In this document: piece by piece, positions 40,901-50,425 of the stretch
Numbering within the stretch: the stretch's first letter is position 1
How the letters are laid out: every line of letters begins with the position of its first letter
NCBI GenBank assembly: GCA_026991575.1
Contig: JALXBF010000116.1
Location: 1-64,000 of the forward strand
DNA from: Planctomycetota bacterium
GTDB lineage: Bacteria; Planctomycetota; Planctomycetia; JALXBF01
Length of the DNA stretch: 64,000 nucleotides
Direction of reading: 5' to 3'
Program-made: the position numbers and the translations under genes
The notes under the pieces: model-generated
The model's database searches: none
Told to the model about the DNA's origin: nothing
Seen by the model: the letters and a program-made list of their open reading frames with translations, nothing else

Positions 40901-43900
40901 CAACGCGCCGCCGATGCTAATCGGCGACATGGCATTTGATCGCGTCGGATTCTTTGGCGGCGGGCTCTTCGTGACCGACTACCAGAGCAAAGCCGTCTAT
41001 CAGATCCAGATCGATCCGAGGACCGGTAACGTCATTCAGCGGCTGTTTGCCGTTGGCTTCAACGTCCCAGACCCGGACCCTGACGTCGACGAGACCCCGA
41101 CAGAGGCAATCGCCGAGGCGCTTGCGACGCCGTTTTCGATCACCTTCTCCCGCGACGGGCAGGTCGTATTTGTTTCCGACGCTGACGGGATCTGGGCCTT
41201 CTACGCCAACACGCTTGCCCATTCCCCTGCAGGCGCCATTGTCGGGCTCACCGACGTGCGGGAAGCACGCATGCCTTACGACGGCGCTGGCTTCGGCGCA
41301 GCTGTCATTGATTCTGGCGTCGACGGCGATCACCTCGGTTTCATGGGCACGGTAACCCCTGGTTTCGACCCGGTCAGCACCGCACCGGGCAATGTCGACC
41401 CGGACGGCCACGGCACCGCCGTCGCCGGCATCATCCACCAGATCGTGCCCGAGGCCGTCATCGTGCCGGCGAAATTGCCAGGCATTGTCCGCGACGCGGA
41501 GAGCCTGTACCAAGCCGTTCGCTGGGTACGTCAGAACCCGTTCACGGACGACCCCCGCACGTTGCGGCGAGAACGATACCCAATTGTCGCGGTCAATATG
41601 TCCCTCGGACTGCGAGCACCGGATGATCCGGACACCAACGTCGACAGCGATCTCGATGCCGTGCGGTTGAACAAGACCGAAGCGATCCCCCTGAAGTACG
41701 AATTCCGCCGCTACTACAAAGCCCACCGGTATGGCATCGTGCCCGTGGCCGCAGCCGGCAACGAGGGTATGCAGTGGAACGGCGATGACGGTAGCAGTGT
41801 GCCTGCCGTGCTGAACGAGGTCGTCGAGGTCATCGCGTCGTACCCGTACGGACCTGTGCCCCCGGGGACGCCTCCCCCGATAACCTCCGACCTGATCGTG
41901 CGCTGCGAGCTCGAGCTCGGTGACCTGATCGCGTTTCCCGGGAAGATTACTGCCTTCTCGAGCCGGAACGTGGTCAGCGACTTTGCGGCACCAGGGACCT
42001 GCGTCAACACGTTCGGTCGGTCGCTGCTGGGGCTGGAAGGCGGGTCAGCCAACGACTACTTCGGCATGGCCCCCATCTATCCGTTTTTCAACGGTACGTC
42101 CGCCGCGACTCCGTTTGTTACCGGAGCCTTCGTGTTCGGTTATGACGTTGTAGACACGTGGGCCAAGCTGCGGCGCCGCGGCGGTCGACTGTCCTGGCGC
42201 GACCAACAGCTGGGAGAACTCTTCGAATACCTGGTGCGTCCGTTTGCCTCCGCGATCCGGCCCGAAGACGTGCGGATCGAGATTCCCCGTGCGGCCATCC
42301 CGCGATTTGAGGCCTACCTGAACCCTCACGGCATCAACTCGCTGCTTCAGTGGACCGCCGTACCGCGTGAGGATGTCAACATCGGGGAGAGCTACGAGCA
42401 GCCTACCGGCTCGGATGACCTCATCCAACAGCGCCGGCTCCTGTTCAGTGACCGGTATCGCACCTATTCGCACCTCAACATCGCTCAACTCGCTTACGCC
42501 GTCGAAGGCAGTGTGGCGTTCCGGTACTTTGACCTCAGGCGTGACCAGTGGGAGTTGCTGCTGCGGGCAGCCGGCACGCCGGGACGTTTGACGCTGGATG
42601 ACATCGATGCCTTTGTCGCCGACCCGGTCAACGATCCCACCGCCCGGGCTATGGCGGCCCTGCTTGGCAGCGCGAAACGCGTCGCCGGGATCAACCGGTT
42701 CCGCTTCTATGACCTGGTTGCGGACGGGCGGCCGGATGATGCGATCGGGCGACGCCAACTGAAACGGATCATCCGCAACCTGCTGCCCGGCCCGACGGCG
42801 TTCCCGATCACGAACCGGTGGAAGGCGGCGCGGAAGGGTTATGCCATCGACCGGACAGCATTGCGGAACTATCACGACCTGATCTACTTGAGACGCGACG
42901 CCATGGTCTGGGACCGACTGCCCCCGGCCTGGCGGGACAAGTCTCCGGCCCAGCTGTCCCGAGGAGTTCGTCGGTTGAGCCTGATCGAGTTCCTGCCAGT
43001 CGAGCCGCAAGAGGGCCCTGGGACAGGCGTCACGGATGCCTACGAGCTGCGTGACGACACGGGAAACGCCGTCGGACAACAACTCAGCGAAGCCATCCTT
43101 GTCCAGCCGGGGCGTGATTCCGTCGCCCAGGCCTCAACCACTCAGGGTATGGTTGTGGTCGGGGTGCGGCCGGCGATGGGCCAGTCCGTCGAACTGCGTG
43201 TGTTCCGCAAGACGGCGGATGGTCAGTGGCAGCTCGTGGAACGCGATGTGAGCCCGCTGGCGGAAGCTGCCGTTGGTGAGCTGCTGGTCGGCGAGGTCGA
43301 CGCACAGCTGCGCGTCTACGGACTCACGGCCGATGGTAAGCTGGCCATCCACGTTGTAGGCCAACCCGGCTGGTTAACGGTGGAGCCGGCGTTCCCTGCG
43401 GGCCACGACGGCGGGCTGCGTACGCTTGGTAGCCTGTTTGTGCAGCCGGGCGCGCCGGACGCCGTCCTGCTTACGGCTACCGACCGCCTCGGCCATGTCG
43501 TGGAGTTGAGCGTCTTGGGCGAAGCATGGAGCGTGCAACACGTCGGCCCTGGCGGCAGCATTGCGTCGTTGCTTGGCCGGGAGCCGGTTCCGCTTCGTCG
43601 GGAGGACGGGTCCGAGGTGGGCGGCGGCAAGCTGCTGTACGTCGTCGACCGTCATGGCCGCTTGCGTGAGCTGCGCTACCGGCCGACCCAAGGCTGGTCT
43701 GCTGATGTGCTGCGTGATCGGCAGGGGCGCGCGGTCGTTGTCGATGGCGTCCTGGCTGCCTATGAGCTGACCAACAGCCGTGGCCGCAAAGAACGTCACC
43801 TGCTTGCACGCGGCAAGAACGGCGAACTGGTCCACCTGCGTCGGCGGGCGGGCTACTGGCAGATCGTCCGACCTCGATTGCCGGATGGCCATCGGAAGAT

Positions 43901-44168
43901 CTCCGGCGAGCTGTCGGTGCACGTGCAACCGGGCACAGGCCGGTTTGATACGGTGGTTCAGGACGTTCATGGGGATCTGATCGTGCTGCGCTGGAACGGC
44001 CGCCGGTGGCAGAGCGCGGTTCGTACCCCGCTGAAAGTAACAGGCGATCTGGTCGGGCATGGGACGCGTCGCAGGTTAGTGGCCGAGGCGGTCGACCAGA
44101 TCCTAGCAGAGCTGAGGCTGGTGGCAGACCAGCCTGTGCCGGATGTGATTGTGGAGAACCTCCTGTAA
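37998..44168 (+). CDS. Giant exported protein: integrin-alpha-like FG-GAP propeller + NHL-like repeats + S8 subtilase + C-terminal propeller-like repeats
   Basis: FEALEERVLLS export motif; repeated G.SV...GD..DILIGAP....G.VY; subtilase triad VIDSG, HGTAVAG, AAAGN, NGTSAATPFVTG. Confidence 0.9.
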   Translation: MGKRAGRKSRLNRFEALEERVLLSLLFTGDQALARLGWSTSSVGNVLDDRARDLEGQELLIGEPFRDEPGRIDSGAVYLIFGGEHLGTDDQQGAFNPRSDQAAVEIEEVLLAANGIRFIGATAGEWAGYSVASVGNVIGGPGDDILIGAPGADWTSGLPGRVYLIGDDLIETVYRRAVAILAAGDDLELDDVTIDLSTLDPATWNPANGSFVIFEGANANDRVGFAVAGIGDRFFVIGAPGYEQEGEAAQTNRGAVYVIHPREYLYENQLIRLTQSELVNTGRGNILIGPEPGAYFGSSVSGIGDPIVNSGGTPFSVDGEPEPDFLIGAPHVTLDRYYRRVIPLLGSGRGTVYVVPGVYTADQAISDVFDFSDPGTLQTLGVVPVRRPAGVDYLGANVSQAGDLDVDGLPDFMFSAPAVDGGAGRVYVVFGREFGDTFVAGPQATPINPDSFPGRIGLTLNGASPGENAGVGLSGGINAGDPNIRRRGDDIFIGAPFADIARPGQPALIEAGRTYAILGTPDFQDRSGDVINLVDLLSESEEGVVLSGRMTDQWFGFSIAALGNVYDFPGIPTLDFIVGAPEATTVRNNAPITDAGEAELFFGIPGLLPLLPFRRGLAPGAGTVWQPDPALPTVIFANGFASMRMLSTLTGKIEADQTGLFGDDLFVISRGLPQQTDGILPPIGPDVIGTVYRVDPYGTLATTVGTISAADNRRVFGIVPGTEAGVDEDLYPYQFDIAFDINGRYNRLFGEPVMFVSVADRDATGSFNPQNAIYAFTPSGKRYLFAYSARDADGDGRLDNVPAAIAVANDPSFGQDLYVMDGVDDDFYPAPEPGQPVPDEDGNVLYRVSPETTYPVNLDATAVLHPRTEITLPELFAPPNDEDILPLANPRDMDVRAMVFDPNANLIQGGQYGTPAYRFYGGLFVASSDVRGGENGLTRILHYPTLSTPPVDLIGPRSILENPNITGINAPPMLIGDMAFDRVGFFGGGLFVTDYQSKAVYQIQIDPRTGNVIQRLFAVGFNVPDPDPDVDETPTEAIAEALATPFSITFSRDGQVVFVSDADGIWAFYANTLAHSPAGAIVGLTDVREARMPYDGAGFGAAVIDSGVDGDHLGFMGTVTPGFDPVSTAPGNVDPDGHGTAVAGIIHQIVPEAVIVPAKLPGIVRDAESLYQAVRWVRQNPFTDDPRTLRRERYPIVAVNMSLGLRAPDDPDTNVDSDLDAVRLNKTEAIPLKYEFRRYYKAHRYGIVPVAAAGNEGMQWNGDDGSSVPAVLNEVVEVIASYPYGPVPPGTPPPITSDLIVRCELELGDLIAFPGKITAFSSRNVVSDFAAPGTCVNTFGRSLLGLEGGSANDYFGMAPIYPFFNGTSAATPFVTGAFVFGYDVVDTWAKLRRRGGRLSWRDQQLGELFEYLVRPFASAIRPEDVRIEIPRAAIPRFEAYLNPHGINSLLQWTAVPREDVNIGESYEQPTGSDDLIQQRRLLFSDRYRTYSHLNIAQLAYAVEGSVAFRYFDLRRDQWELLLRAAGTPGRLTLDDIDAFVADPVNDPTARAMAALLGSAKRVAGINRFRFYDLVADGRPDDAIGRRQLKRIIRNLLPGPTAFPITNRWKAARKGYAIDRTALRNYHDLIYLRRDAMVWDRLPPAWRDKSPAQLSRGVRRLSLIEFLPVEPQEGPGTGVTDAYELRDDTGNAVGQQLSEAILVQPGRDSVAQASTTQGMVVVGVRPAMGQSVELRVFRKTADGQWQLVERDVSPLAEAAVGELLVGEVDAQLRVYGLTADGKLAIHVVGQPGWLTVEPAFPAGHDGGLRTLGSLFVQPGAPDAVLLTATDRLGHVVELSVLGEAWSVQHVGPGGSIASLLGREPVPLRREDGSEVGGGKLLYVVDRHGRLRELRYRPTQGWSADVLRDRQGRAVVVDGVLAAYELTNSRGRKERHLLARGKNGELVHLRRRAGYWQIVRPRLPDGHRKISGELSVHVQPGTGRFDTVVQDVHGDLIVLRWNGRRWQSAVRTPLKVTGDLVGHGTRRRLVAEAVDQILAELRLVADQPVPDVIVENLL

Positions 44169-44199
44169 GCTTCCTGGGGCCACCCGGAGTGGGAAGCGA

Positions 44200-47100
44200 A
44201 TGCCAGCAACGCGGAACAAGAGAGGTCCGACCAGGTTGTCGGTCGATCTTCTGGAGCGGCGTGAGCTGCTGAGCACGGTGATCACGGGCGTGCACGAGGA
44301 GGGCGCCTTGGGAGCCGTGGTACGCCCGTTCGGCGAGCTTGCTGGCGGTAACGTGGAGACCGGCGGCGGCAATGAGTTCCTGATCACCGCTCCGTTTGCC
44401 AGCCCGGAAGGTAGAGAGCGCGCAGGCGCGGTGTACGTGGTCTTTGGCGGCCCGCACTTGACGGAAGGACGTCGCCAAGGATGCGAGCGGCCGACGGCGG
44501 AACAACTCTGCCAGGGAATCGAAGAGTTGCTGGGTAAGGCGCAGGCGTTGCGGATCATCGGCGCCGCCCCGGGTGATCGACTCGGCTTTAGCGTCGCGGC
44601 TGTCGGCGATGTGATCGGTAACTCCGCACCCGACCTGCTCGTCGGCGCCCCTTTCGCTGAACTGAGCTGGCCTACTCCCGAGCCGGCCGACACAGACCGG
44701 GGGATCGTCTACCTGATCGGTGGCGATCTGCTGCAGTCGGCCTGGCTCCGGGCTCAGGCTGAGTACCAGCGGCTGCGAGCAGAGGCGGTCGCCACGGGCC
44801 GTGATCCGGAGCGTGTACGGGTGCCGATCGAGCTGGTAACAATCGACCTGGCTGATCTGGACCCGACAGCAACTACTCAACCCGGATCCTGGCTTGCCTA
44901 TGTTGGCGCTGCACCGGGTGACCATGCCGGTTTCTCCGTGGCTGGCCTGGGCAACGGGGCGCTGATCATCGGAGCCCCGCGCGCCGAGCCGGCGCTTGAA
45001 CCCCCTACCGCCAACACCGGCGCGGCGTACGTGGTTCGCGGTGACGAGCGTCCCTACGAATTCACGCTCACGAGCCTGGACGAATTGGTTGACGACAATC
45101 GCGGCTCGGTGCTCTTTGGACCGCATCCCGGCGCCCGCTTTGGCTGGAGCGTCAGCGGGATGTTCGAACCGGGGCTGGCCACGGGCGGCACAGCCTTCAG
45201 CATCGACGGCGACGTGCTGCCGGATCTGTTAGTCGGTGCTCCGTTCGCCTTCGCCGATGAGACCGGGCCGGGCAGTCAACCAGGGGCCGCGTACTTCGTG
45301 CCTGGTACGCTGCTGACCGACCCGACCGTGCCCGCGGGAGTCTACCGGTTGGACCAGGTCTCGGACCGCAGCGCGCTCGGTTTGGTCGCGTTTGTCGGCT
45401 CGCAGGACGGCGAACGGTTCGGCCATGTTGTCAGCAGCATAGGCGACTTCGATGCGGATGGCTTGAGCGACTTTGCCATCGGAGCGCCGCTACACGATGT
45501 CCCTGCGCGCCGGGGAATACGCACAGATGCCGGTGCTGTGTACGTCGTGTTTGGCCGGACCATCGCCGACGGCAGCTTGCCGGCCATGGGTGGTCCAGAG
45601 CGGCGGCCGATATCAGCCGCGCTGCTCGCTGCTGCTCACGGTATGGAACTGCTTGGCGCCGAAACCGGCGAGCGAGCTGGCTGGTCGATCGGGCCAGCGC
45701 TTAACGCTCGGGACCCGAGAAGCTTCGTGCAGTCTGCCGGCACGGAGGATTTCCTCATCGGCGCGCCGTTAGCCGACCTTAAGCGGCCCGACGGCCGTCT
45801 GGTGCGCGACGCCGGACGAGTGTATCTGGTCCAGGGCAATCCGGCGTACGCCCAGTTGGCGGGCGCAAGTGTCAGCTTGGCGGTGACCGGTCGTCCGCAG
45901 GGCGAGGCATTTGGCGCCGTCGCACACGGGCGGGCAGAGCGTCAGTTCTTTGGAACGGCGGTCGGTTCGGCCGGTAACGCAGCCGATCCGCCTTTGATCG
46001 GCCGTGGCGTCGACGTGCTGATCGGCGCCCCAGGTAGTGACCGCCCGGTCGGGCCGGGCAGCACGCTGGAAGACACCGGCGAGGTGGTCCTCTCGTTCCT
46101 GCGGCCGCTCATGGGCGACCCGGTCAAGGACGATAATCCGGGCGGCTTTTCCAACCCCGGCCTGTTCGGGCATCAGGCCGTTGTGGCCGGTTACTGGAGC
46201 TGGACGAATCGGACCCCACCCGCTGGCAGCGACGTCTTCTTGCCCCTGGTGGCTGGGGTCATCGGCCCGTTCTCAGCTCCGTATCTGCTCGGCAGCATCA
46301 ACTTTTACCCCGATCCCCCGGTCGCCCTCGTCGACCCTGCCGGCCACCTGCACGTCGTCGAGCGCGCACGCAAACGTGTGGTCGGCACCGATGTAACTGC
46401 AGAAGCGGGCGGTCCGCCGGTCAGTGCAGCCGCGGGCCTGCTCCGTGACCGATCGGGCCGTGCCCGACACGTGTTTGCCGTCAGCGACACCGTAGGCACG
46501 TTCGCCTGGTACCAGCGTGCCCGGCGCGGTTGGCGATTGCGCGAGTTACCGGCGTTCCTGCCTGCGCGGATCGAGGCGGCCCGAGTGGTACGGGCCAAAG
46601 GCGGGTTCGTGGCCGTGATGCAACAGCGGAACGGGCAACTGTTCGCGGTCCGCTACCTGAAGGGCCACGGTTGGCAGAGGCTGCGCGTGCCCCGCGCAGC
46701 AATCGGCCCGGTCCAGGATTTGATGGCTGTCCGGGTGCTTCGCCCTCAGACCTCACGCGCAGCGCTAGAGCTGCTGGTTTCCAGTCGTGCCGGCCAGCTA
46801 GTGCTGGCACGGATTCCGCTATCAGGCGCCAAACCGAAACTGCTGCGCTACGATCTGGCTGACCGCCTGCTGCCCGACACGACCGTAAGCGTCACGCAGT
46901 ACGGTGCGCGGGTGACCATCGCCATGTTGGCTCCGGACGGTTCAATCACGTACGCGCGTGTCGGCCGCGGCGGGCTCCTGTGGGAGGAACTACCTGTTCC
47001 ACAGACCATGGAAGCCAAGCCAAGTGGCGGCGTCGCGATCTATCGGTCTGCTGGCCAGGAGACAGTTTTCTACGTCGATAGGTTTAACCGTGTCGTCGAA

Positions 47101-47358
47101 GCCAAACGCGCCGACAGCGGCTGGAACTTCCAGCTACTGCCGAACTTGCCGCTTGGCTACGGTGTCGGCGCGATCGCAGGCGTGGTGCCCGGCGCCGTGA
47201 GCAGACAACCGGTACTGACGGTATTCGACGACCGAGGCGTACTCGCTCGGTTTACACGCGATCCTGACGGCGACTGGCAGGCTGCGTACGCCGGCGACGA
47301 TAGCTCGCCGCAAACGGCGCTCGATTACCTGATCGAGCTTGGTCTGAAGGCCCGGTGA
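44200..47358 (+). CDS. Exported integrin-alpha-like FG-GAP repeat protein, protease-less paralogue of the upstream gene
   Basis: LLERRELLS motif; GDFDADGLSDFAIGAP and similar repeats; shared blocks VTIDL..LDP and GGT.FS.DG. Confidence 0.9.
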   Translation: MPATRNKRGPTRLSVDLLERRELLSTVITGVHEEGALGAVVRPFGELAGGNVETGGGNEFLITAPFASPEGRERAGAVYVVFGGPHLTEGRRQGCERPTAEQLCQGIEELLGKAQALRIIGAAPGDRLGFSVAAVGDVIGNSAPDLLVGAPFAELSWPTPEPADTDRGIVYLIGGDLLQSAWLRAQAEYQRLRAEAVATGRDPERVRVPIELVTIDLADLDPTATTQPGSWLAYVGAAPGDHAGFSVAGLGNGALIIGAPRAEPALEPPTANTGAAYVVRGDERPYEFTLTSLDELVDDNRGSVLFGPHPGARFGWSVSGMFEPGLATGGTAFSIDGDVLPDLLVGAPFAFADETGPGSQPGAAYFVPGTLLTDPTVPAGVYRLDQVSDRSALGLVAFVGSQDGERFGHVVSSIGDFDADGLSDFAIGAPLHDVPARRGIRTDAGAVYVVFGRTIADGSLPAMGGPERRPISAALLAAAHGMELLGAETGERAGWSIGPALNARDPRSFVQSAGTEDFLIGAPLADLKRPDGRLVRDAGRVYLVQGNPAYAQLAGASVSLAVTGRPQGEAFGAVAHGRAERQFFGTAVGSAGNAADPPLIGRGVDVLIGAPGSDRPVGPGSTLEDTGEVVLSFLRPLMGDPVKDDNPGGFSNPGLFGHQAVVAGYWSWTNRTPPAGSDVFLPLVAGVIGPFSAPYLLGSINFYPDPPVALVDPAGHLHVVERARKRVVGTDVTAEAGGPPVSAAAGLLRDRSGRARHVFAVSDTVGTFAWYQRARRGWRLRELPAFLPARIEAARVVRAKGGFVAVMQQRNGQLFAVRYLKGHGWQRLRVPRAAIGPVQDLMAVRVLRPQTSRAALELLVSSRAGQLVLARIPLSGAKPKLLRYDLADRLLPDTTVSVTQYGARVTIAMLAPDGSITYARVGRGGLLWEELPVPQTMEAKPSGGVAIYRSAGQETVFYVDRFNRVVEAKRADSGWNFQLLPNLPLGYGVGAIAGVVPGAVSRQPVLTVFDDRGVLARFTRDPDGDWQAAYAGDDSSPQTALDYLIELGLKAR

Positions 47359-47446
47359 AGGTCCAACCTCGCCGCTGACGAGGTGCCCGCAAGCATGGCA
47401 GTAAATGGCTGAAGGCCGGTGAAGGTCCGAGCTCGCCCTGGCCCGT

Positions 47447-48076
47447 TCACCGCAACAGCCATGCGGTCGGGTATGCTACCAGAATCGACCCGGCTACCGT
47501 GAACAGCACCGCGGCCAACGACCAGTGAGCTCGATAGCCGAGCTGCCACAGCTGCCGATACGCACGCCGAAGCTCGCAGGCCAACAAGCCCACGGCCGAT
47601 CGATCGCTGACGTAAACGGTGGCCGCATCGAGCGCTTCAAACGGACGGAGCTCTACGAGGAGCTCCGCAGGATGAAGCACCAGCTTGCCTTTCCCGGCAG
47701 CTGGCCGAAGCTGTTGTCCCATGCCGCCGGCAGCCAGTCTGATTGCCTCCTCCAGCGCCTGCGGACTCGTGCAGTAGACAACCACGTAATTACCGCTGCG
47801 GTACACCCACGCGGCCGCCAGTAGCAGGTACAGCAGCCAGGGTAGCGACGGATGCTCGGTGTAGAGGCGGTAAAGAGGGGTCGCCTCCACCAGCAAGCTG
47901 ATGCTACCGGTCACCATCAGGCCGGAAATGGCCAGGGAAAGCAGTAAGCTATCCACTCGGCCGGTAAGAACCACTGGCCTGCCGAGCACGTTGACAAGGC
48001 CCAGCAGGATCAGATAGACGCCTAACGGGATAAGCGACACGACGAGCAGTTGTAGTGTATCGAAAGTGATGAGCAA
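47447..48076 (-). CDS. Hypothetical membrane protein
   Basis: About four hydrophobic segments (PLGVYLILLGLVN...); GGGAGG RBS before TTG. Confidence 0.75.
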   Translation of the reverse strand: MLITFDTLQLLVVSLIPLGVYLILLGLVNVLGRPVVLTGRVDSLLLSLAISGLMVTGSISLLVEATPLYRLYTEHPSLPWLLYLLLAAAWVYRSGNYVVVYCTSPQALEEAIRLAAGGMGQQLRPAAGKGKLVLHPAELLVELRPFEALDAATVYVSDRSAVGLLACELRRAYRQLWQLGYRAHWSLAAVLFTVAGSILVAYPTAWLLR

Positions 48077-48324
48077 GCCGAACCTCCCGCGCGCATCAGA
48101 AGCGACCTACCTTCAGTTTTCCCCCTCTCCAGATCATAGGCCATTTCGGTAGCACCGACCAAGGGGGCTCGCTGCGTCGTGAACGTCGGTTTCCACGGGT
48201 CTGACGGCAGCTTGGCGGCGTCGCCGCAAGCCTGGCTCGGGACGCACTCTCGGCCGTGGGGGACCTCCGCCGACAGGGCTTTTTTCAGGTGGGCGTCGCC
48301 TGCTCGCTCCGCCAAGGGCGGCCG

Positions 48325-49284
48325 TCAAGCAGCCGGTCGGCGACGCTGTTCGGGGGAGGGGCGCCTCTGGCGGCGGGCTGTCGGCTGATGCTTCCAACGC
48401 CGGTGCAACCAGAGATACTGCTCCGGTGCCGATCGGACGGCCCGCTCCAAAGCATGCGCGGTCCGCTGGGTGAAGTGCTTGACGGGGTTGGTTGCTTCCA
48501 GCGAATCACTCGGATCTAGCACGGCGGAGGTGGCCATCTCGTAGCGAAGGCCGTCGTCGAGGCGAACGGCATAGCCCACAACGACCGGCGCATTGTGCTG
48601 CAGGGCCAGAAGCGCCGGTCCCTTGTGCGTCGAAGCGGGTCGGCCGAAGAACTCGACAAACAGCCCACGCGAACCGGCGTCCTGGTCGTTGAGGATAGCG
48701 ATTGTGCCGCCCTGTCGCAGAATGCTGTCGACTTTGTCAAATGCACCTTTCTTGTAGATGATCCGTTGGCCGGTACGCACTCGGAACGACCGCAGTAGCC
48801 GCTCCAGGTATGGGTTGTCCAGGGTGCGCGCAACGGAACAGGGCCGGAAGCCGAACAACCCGAAGACGTAGCCGCCGATTTCCCAGTTTCCGAAGTGCCC
48901 GCTCTGCAGGATCACGGGCCGGTCGCTCAGCAGCAGCCGTACCACGTCCTCTTGGCCACGGAGCGAGATATACTGCCGCCAGTTGCGCTCGTGCAGCTTT
49001 CTCACGATGAATGCCATGTCCACGATCACGGACGCGAAGTGGCGGTAGACGTTGCGGACAATTCGTTGCCGATCGTCGTCGGTCAGGTCGGAGCCGAAGG
49101 CGAACCGCAAGTTTTCCAGAGCGACGTCACGGTGCCGCCTGTCGAGGTGGTAGGCCAGCCATCCGATGAAGGACGCGATGCGGTAGCACACTTTCAGCGG
49201 CAGCGCCTGCAGCACGCAGAGGACCGTGCGCACGAGCAGGTATACCAGCAACGCTGGCGGCCGTCGCTTCCGTTTTCGCGCCAT
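48325..49284 (-). CDS. Lipid A biosynthesis/lysophospholipid acyltransferase (HtrB/LpxL family)
   Basis: GHFGNWE, LNDQD, FVEFFGRPAST, PEQYLWLHRRWK. Confidence 0.92.
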   Translation of the reverse strand: MARKRKRRPPALLVYLLVRTVLCVLQALPLKVCYRIASFIGWLAYHLDRRHRDVALENLRFAFGSDLTDDDRQRIVRNVYRHFASVIVDMAFIVRKLHERNWRQYISLRGQEDVVRLLLSDRPVILQSGHFGNWEIGGYVFGLFGFRPCSVARTLDNPYLERLLRSFRVRTGQRIIYKKGAFDKVDSILRQGGTIAILNDQDAGSRGLFVEFFGRPASTHKGPALLALQHNAPVVVGYAVRLDDGLRYEMATSAVLDPSDSLEATNPVKHFTQRTAHALERAVRSAPEQYLWLHRRWKHQPTARRQRRPSPEQRRRPAA

Positions 49285-49312
49285 CCTGGCAGCTCTCCGT
49301 GATGTCCTCGCA

Positions 49313-50407
49313 CTAGCGCGGCGGTCCACTCGGCCGCCGCACGCTTTTGCCTGCGGCTAGCGGCAGGCGCACCTTCTTGCCGGTGCGCGCCGCCTTGTAA
49401 ATCCCGAGGATGATCTCTACCGATTTTCTTCCTTCTCGTCCATCGATCAACGGCGCGGTACCCCGGTCGATCGCGCGCACGAAGTCCTTCAGTTGTGCCA
49501 GGTGGCCGTGATGGGTGATACCTCGTGGATCGCTCGCTCCACCTTTCGCGGCCGCTGCGGCAGCAAATCGTTCCCGAATCTTGCGATCGCGTTTCGTTTC
49601 ACGCGCGAACTGCCAGCATGTGATCGCATCCTGCTCGACAATGGCCGTACCCTGGTCTCCGTGAACTTCGGTACGCTTCGGCAGTCCCGGGTACGCACTG
49701 GTGGTGCCTTCGATAACCCCTAGGGCGCCGTTCTTAAACCGCAGGCAGGCGACTGCGGTATCCTCGACCTCGATCCGCTCGTGGGCGAGCGTATCGGTGA
49801 ACGCGACGATCTCTGACACGTCCCCCATGAACCAGTACAACAGGTCGACGTTGTGGATCGACTGGTTCATGAGCGCGCCGCCACCGTCCAGTGCCCACGT
49901 ACCGCGCCAGTCTCCTGAGTCGTAGTACGACTGAGGTCGCCACCATTTCACGTACGTGTCGCCCAGTGTCAGGCGGCCAAATCGGCCAGCCTCGATGGCT
50001 TCTTTCACCAGGCGATTCGCCTCGCTGAACCGCGACGGGAAGATCGTACAGAGCTGGACGCCGTTTCGATCGCACGCTTCGATGATGCGATCGCAGCGAG
50101 CCAGGGTGATTTCCAGGGGCTTCTCCACCACCACGTGCTTGCCTGCTTCCGCTGCGGCCACGGCCGGCTCCATGTGCGCGCCGCTGGGAGTGCACACGTT
50201 GACAATGTCGATGTCGCTGCGTTGCAGCATGGCATCAAGATCGGTGTAAATGTCGCAACCACCGACCAGGGCGGCAATCCGCTCGGCATTCTTCCGGTTG
50301 CGGCTCTGAACCGCCACAAGCCGTGCCCCCCGCAGATCCATGATCGCGCGGGCGTGGTATTCGGCGATCATGCCGCAGCCAACAATCGCGAAGCCGTGCT
50401 TTGCCAT
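49313..50407 (-). CDS. Gfo/Idh/MocA family oxidoreductase
   Basis: IVGCGMIA, CTPSGAH, KHVVVEKP, WRGTWALDGGGALMNQSIH. Confidence 0.95.
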   Translation of the reverse strand: MAKHGFAIVGCGMIAEYHARAIMDLRGARLVAVQSRNRKNAERIAALVGGCDIYTDLDAMLQRSDIDIVNVCTPSGAHMEPAVAAAEAGKHVVVEKPLEITLARCDRIIEACDRNGVQLCTIFPSRFSEANRLVKEAIEAGRFGRLTLGDTYVKWWRPQSYYDSGDWRGTWALDGGGALMNQSIHNVDLLYWFMGDVSEIVAFTDTLAHERIEVEDTAVACLRFKNGALGVIEGTTSAYPGLPKRTEVHGDQGTAIVEQDAITCWQFARETKRDRKIRERFAAAAAAKGGASDPRGITHHGHLAQLKDFVRAIDRGTAPLIDGREGRKSVEIILGIYKAARTGKKVRLPLAAGKSVRRPSGPPR

Positions 50408-50425
50408 CGATCGCACTCTCCCCTA

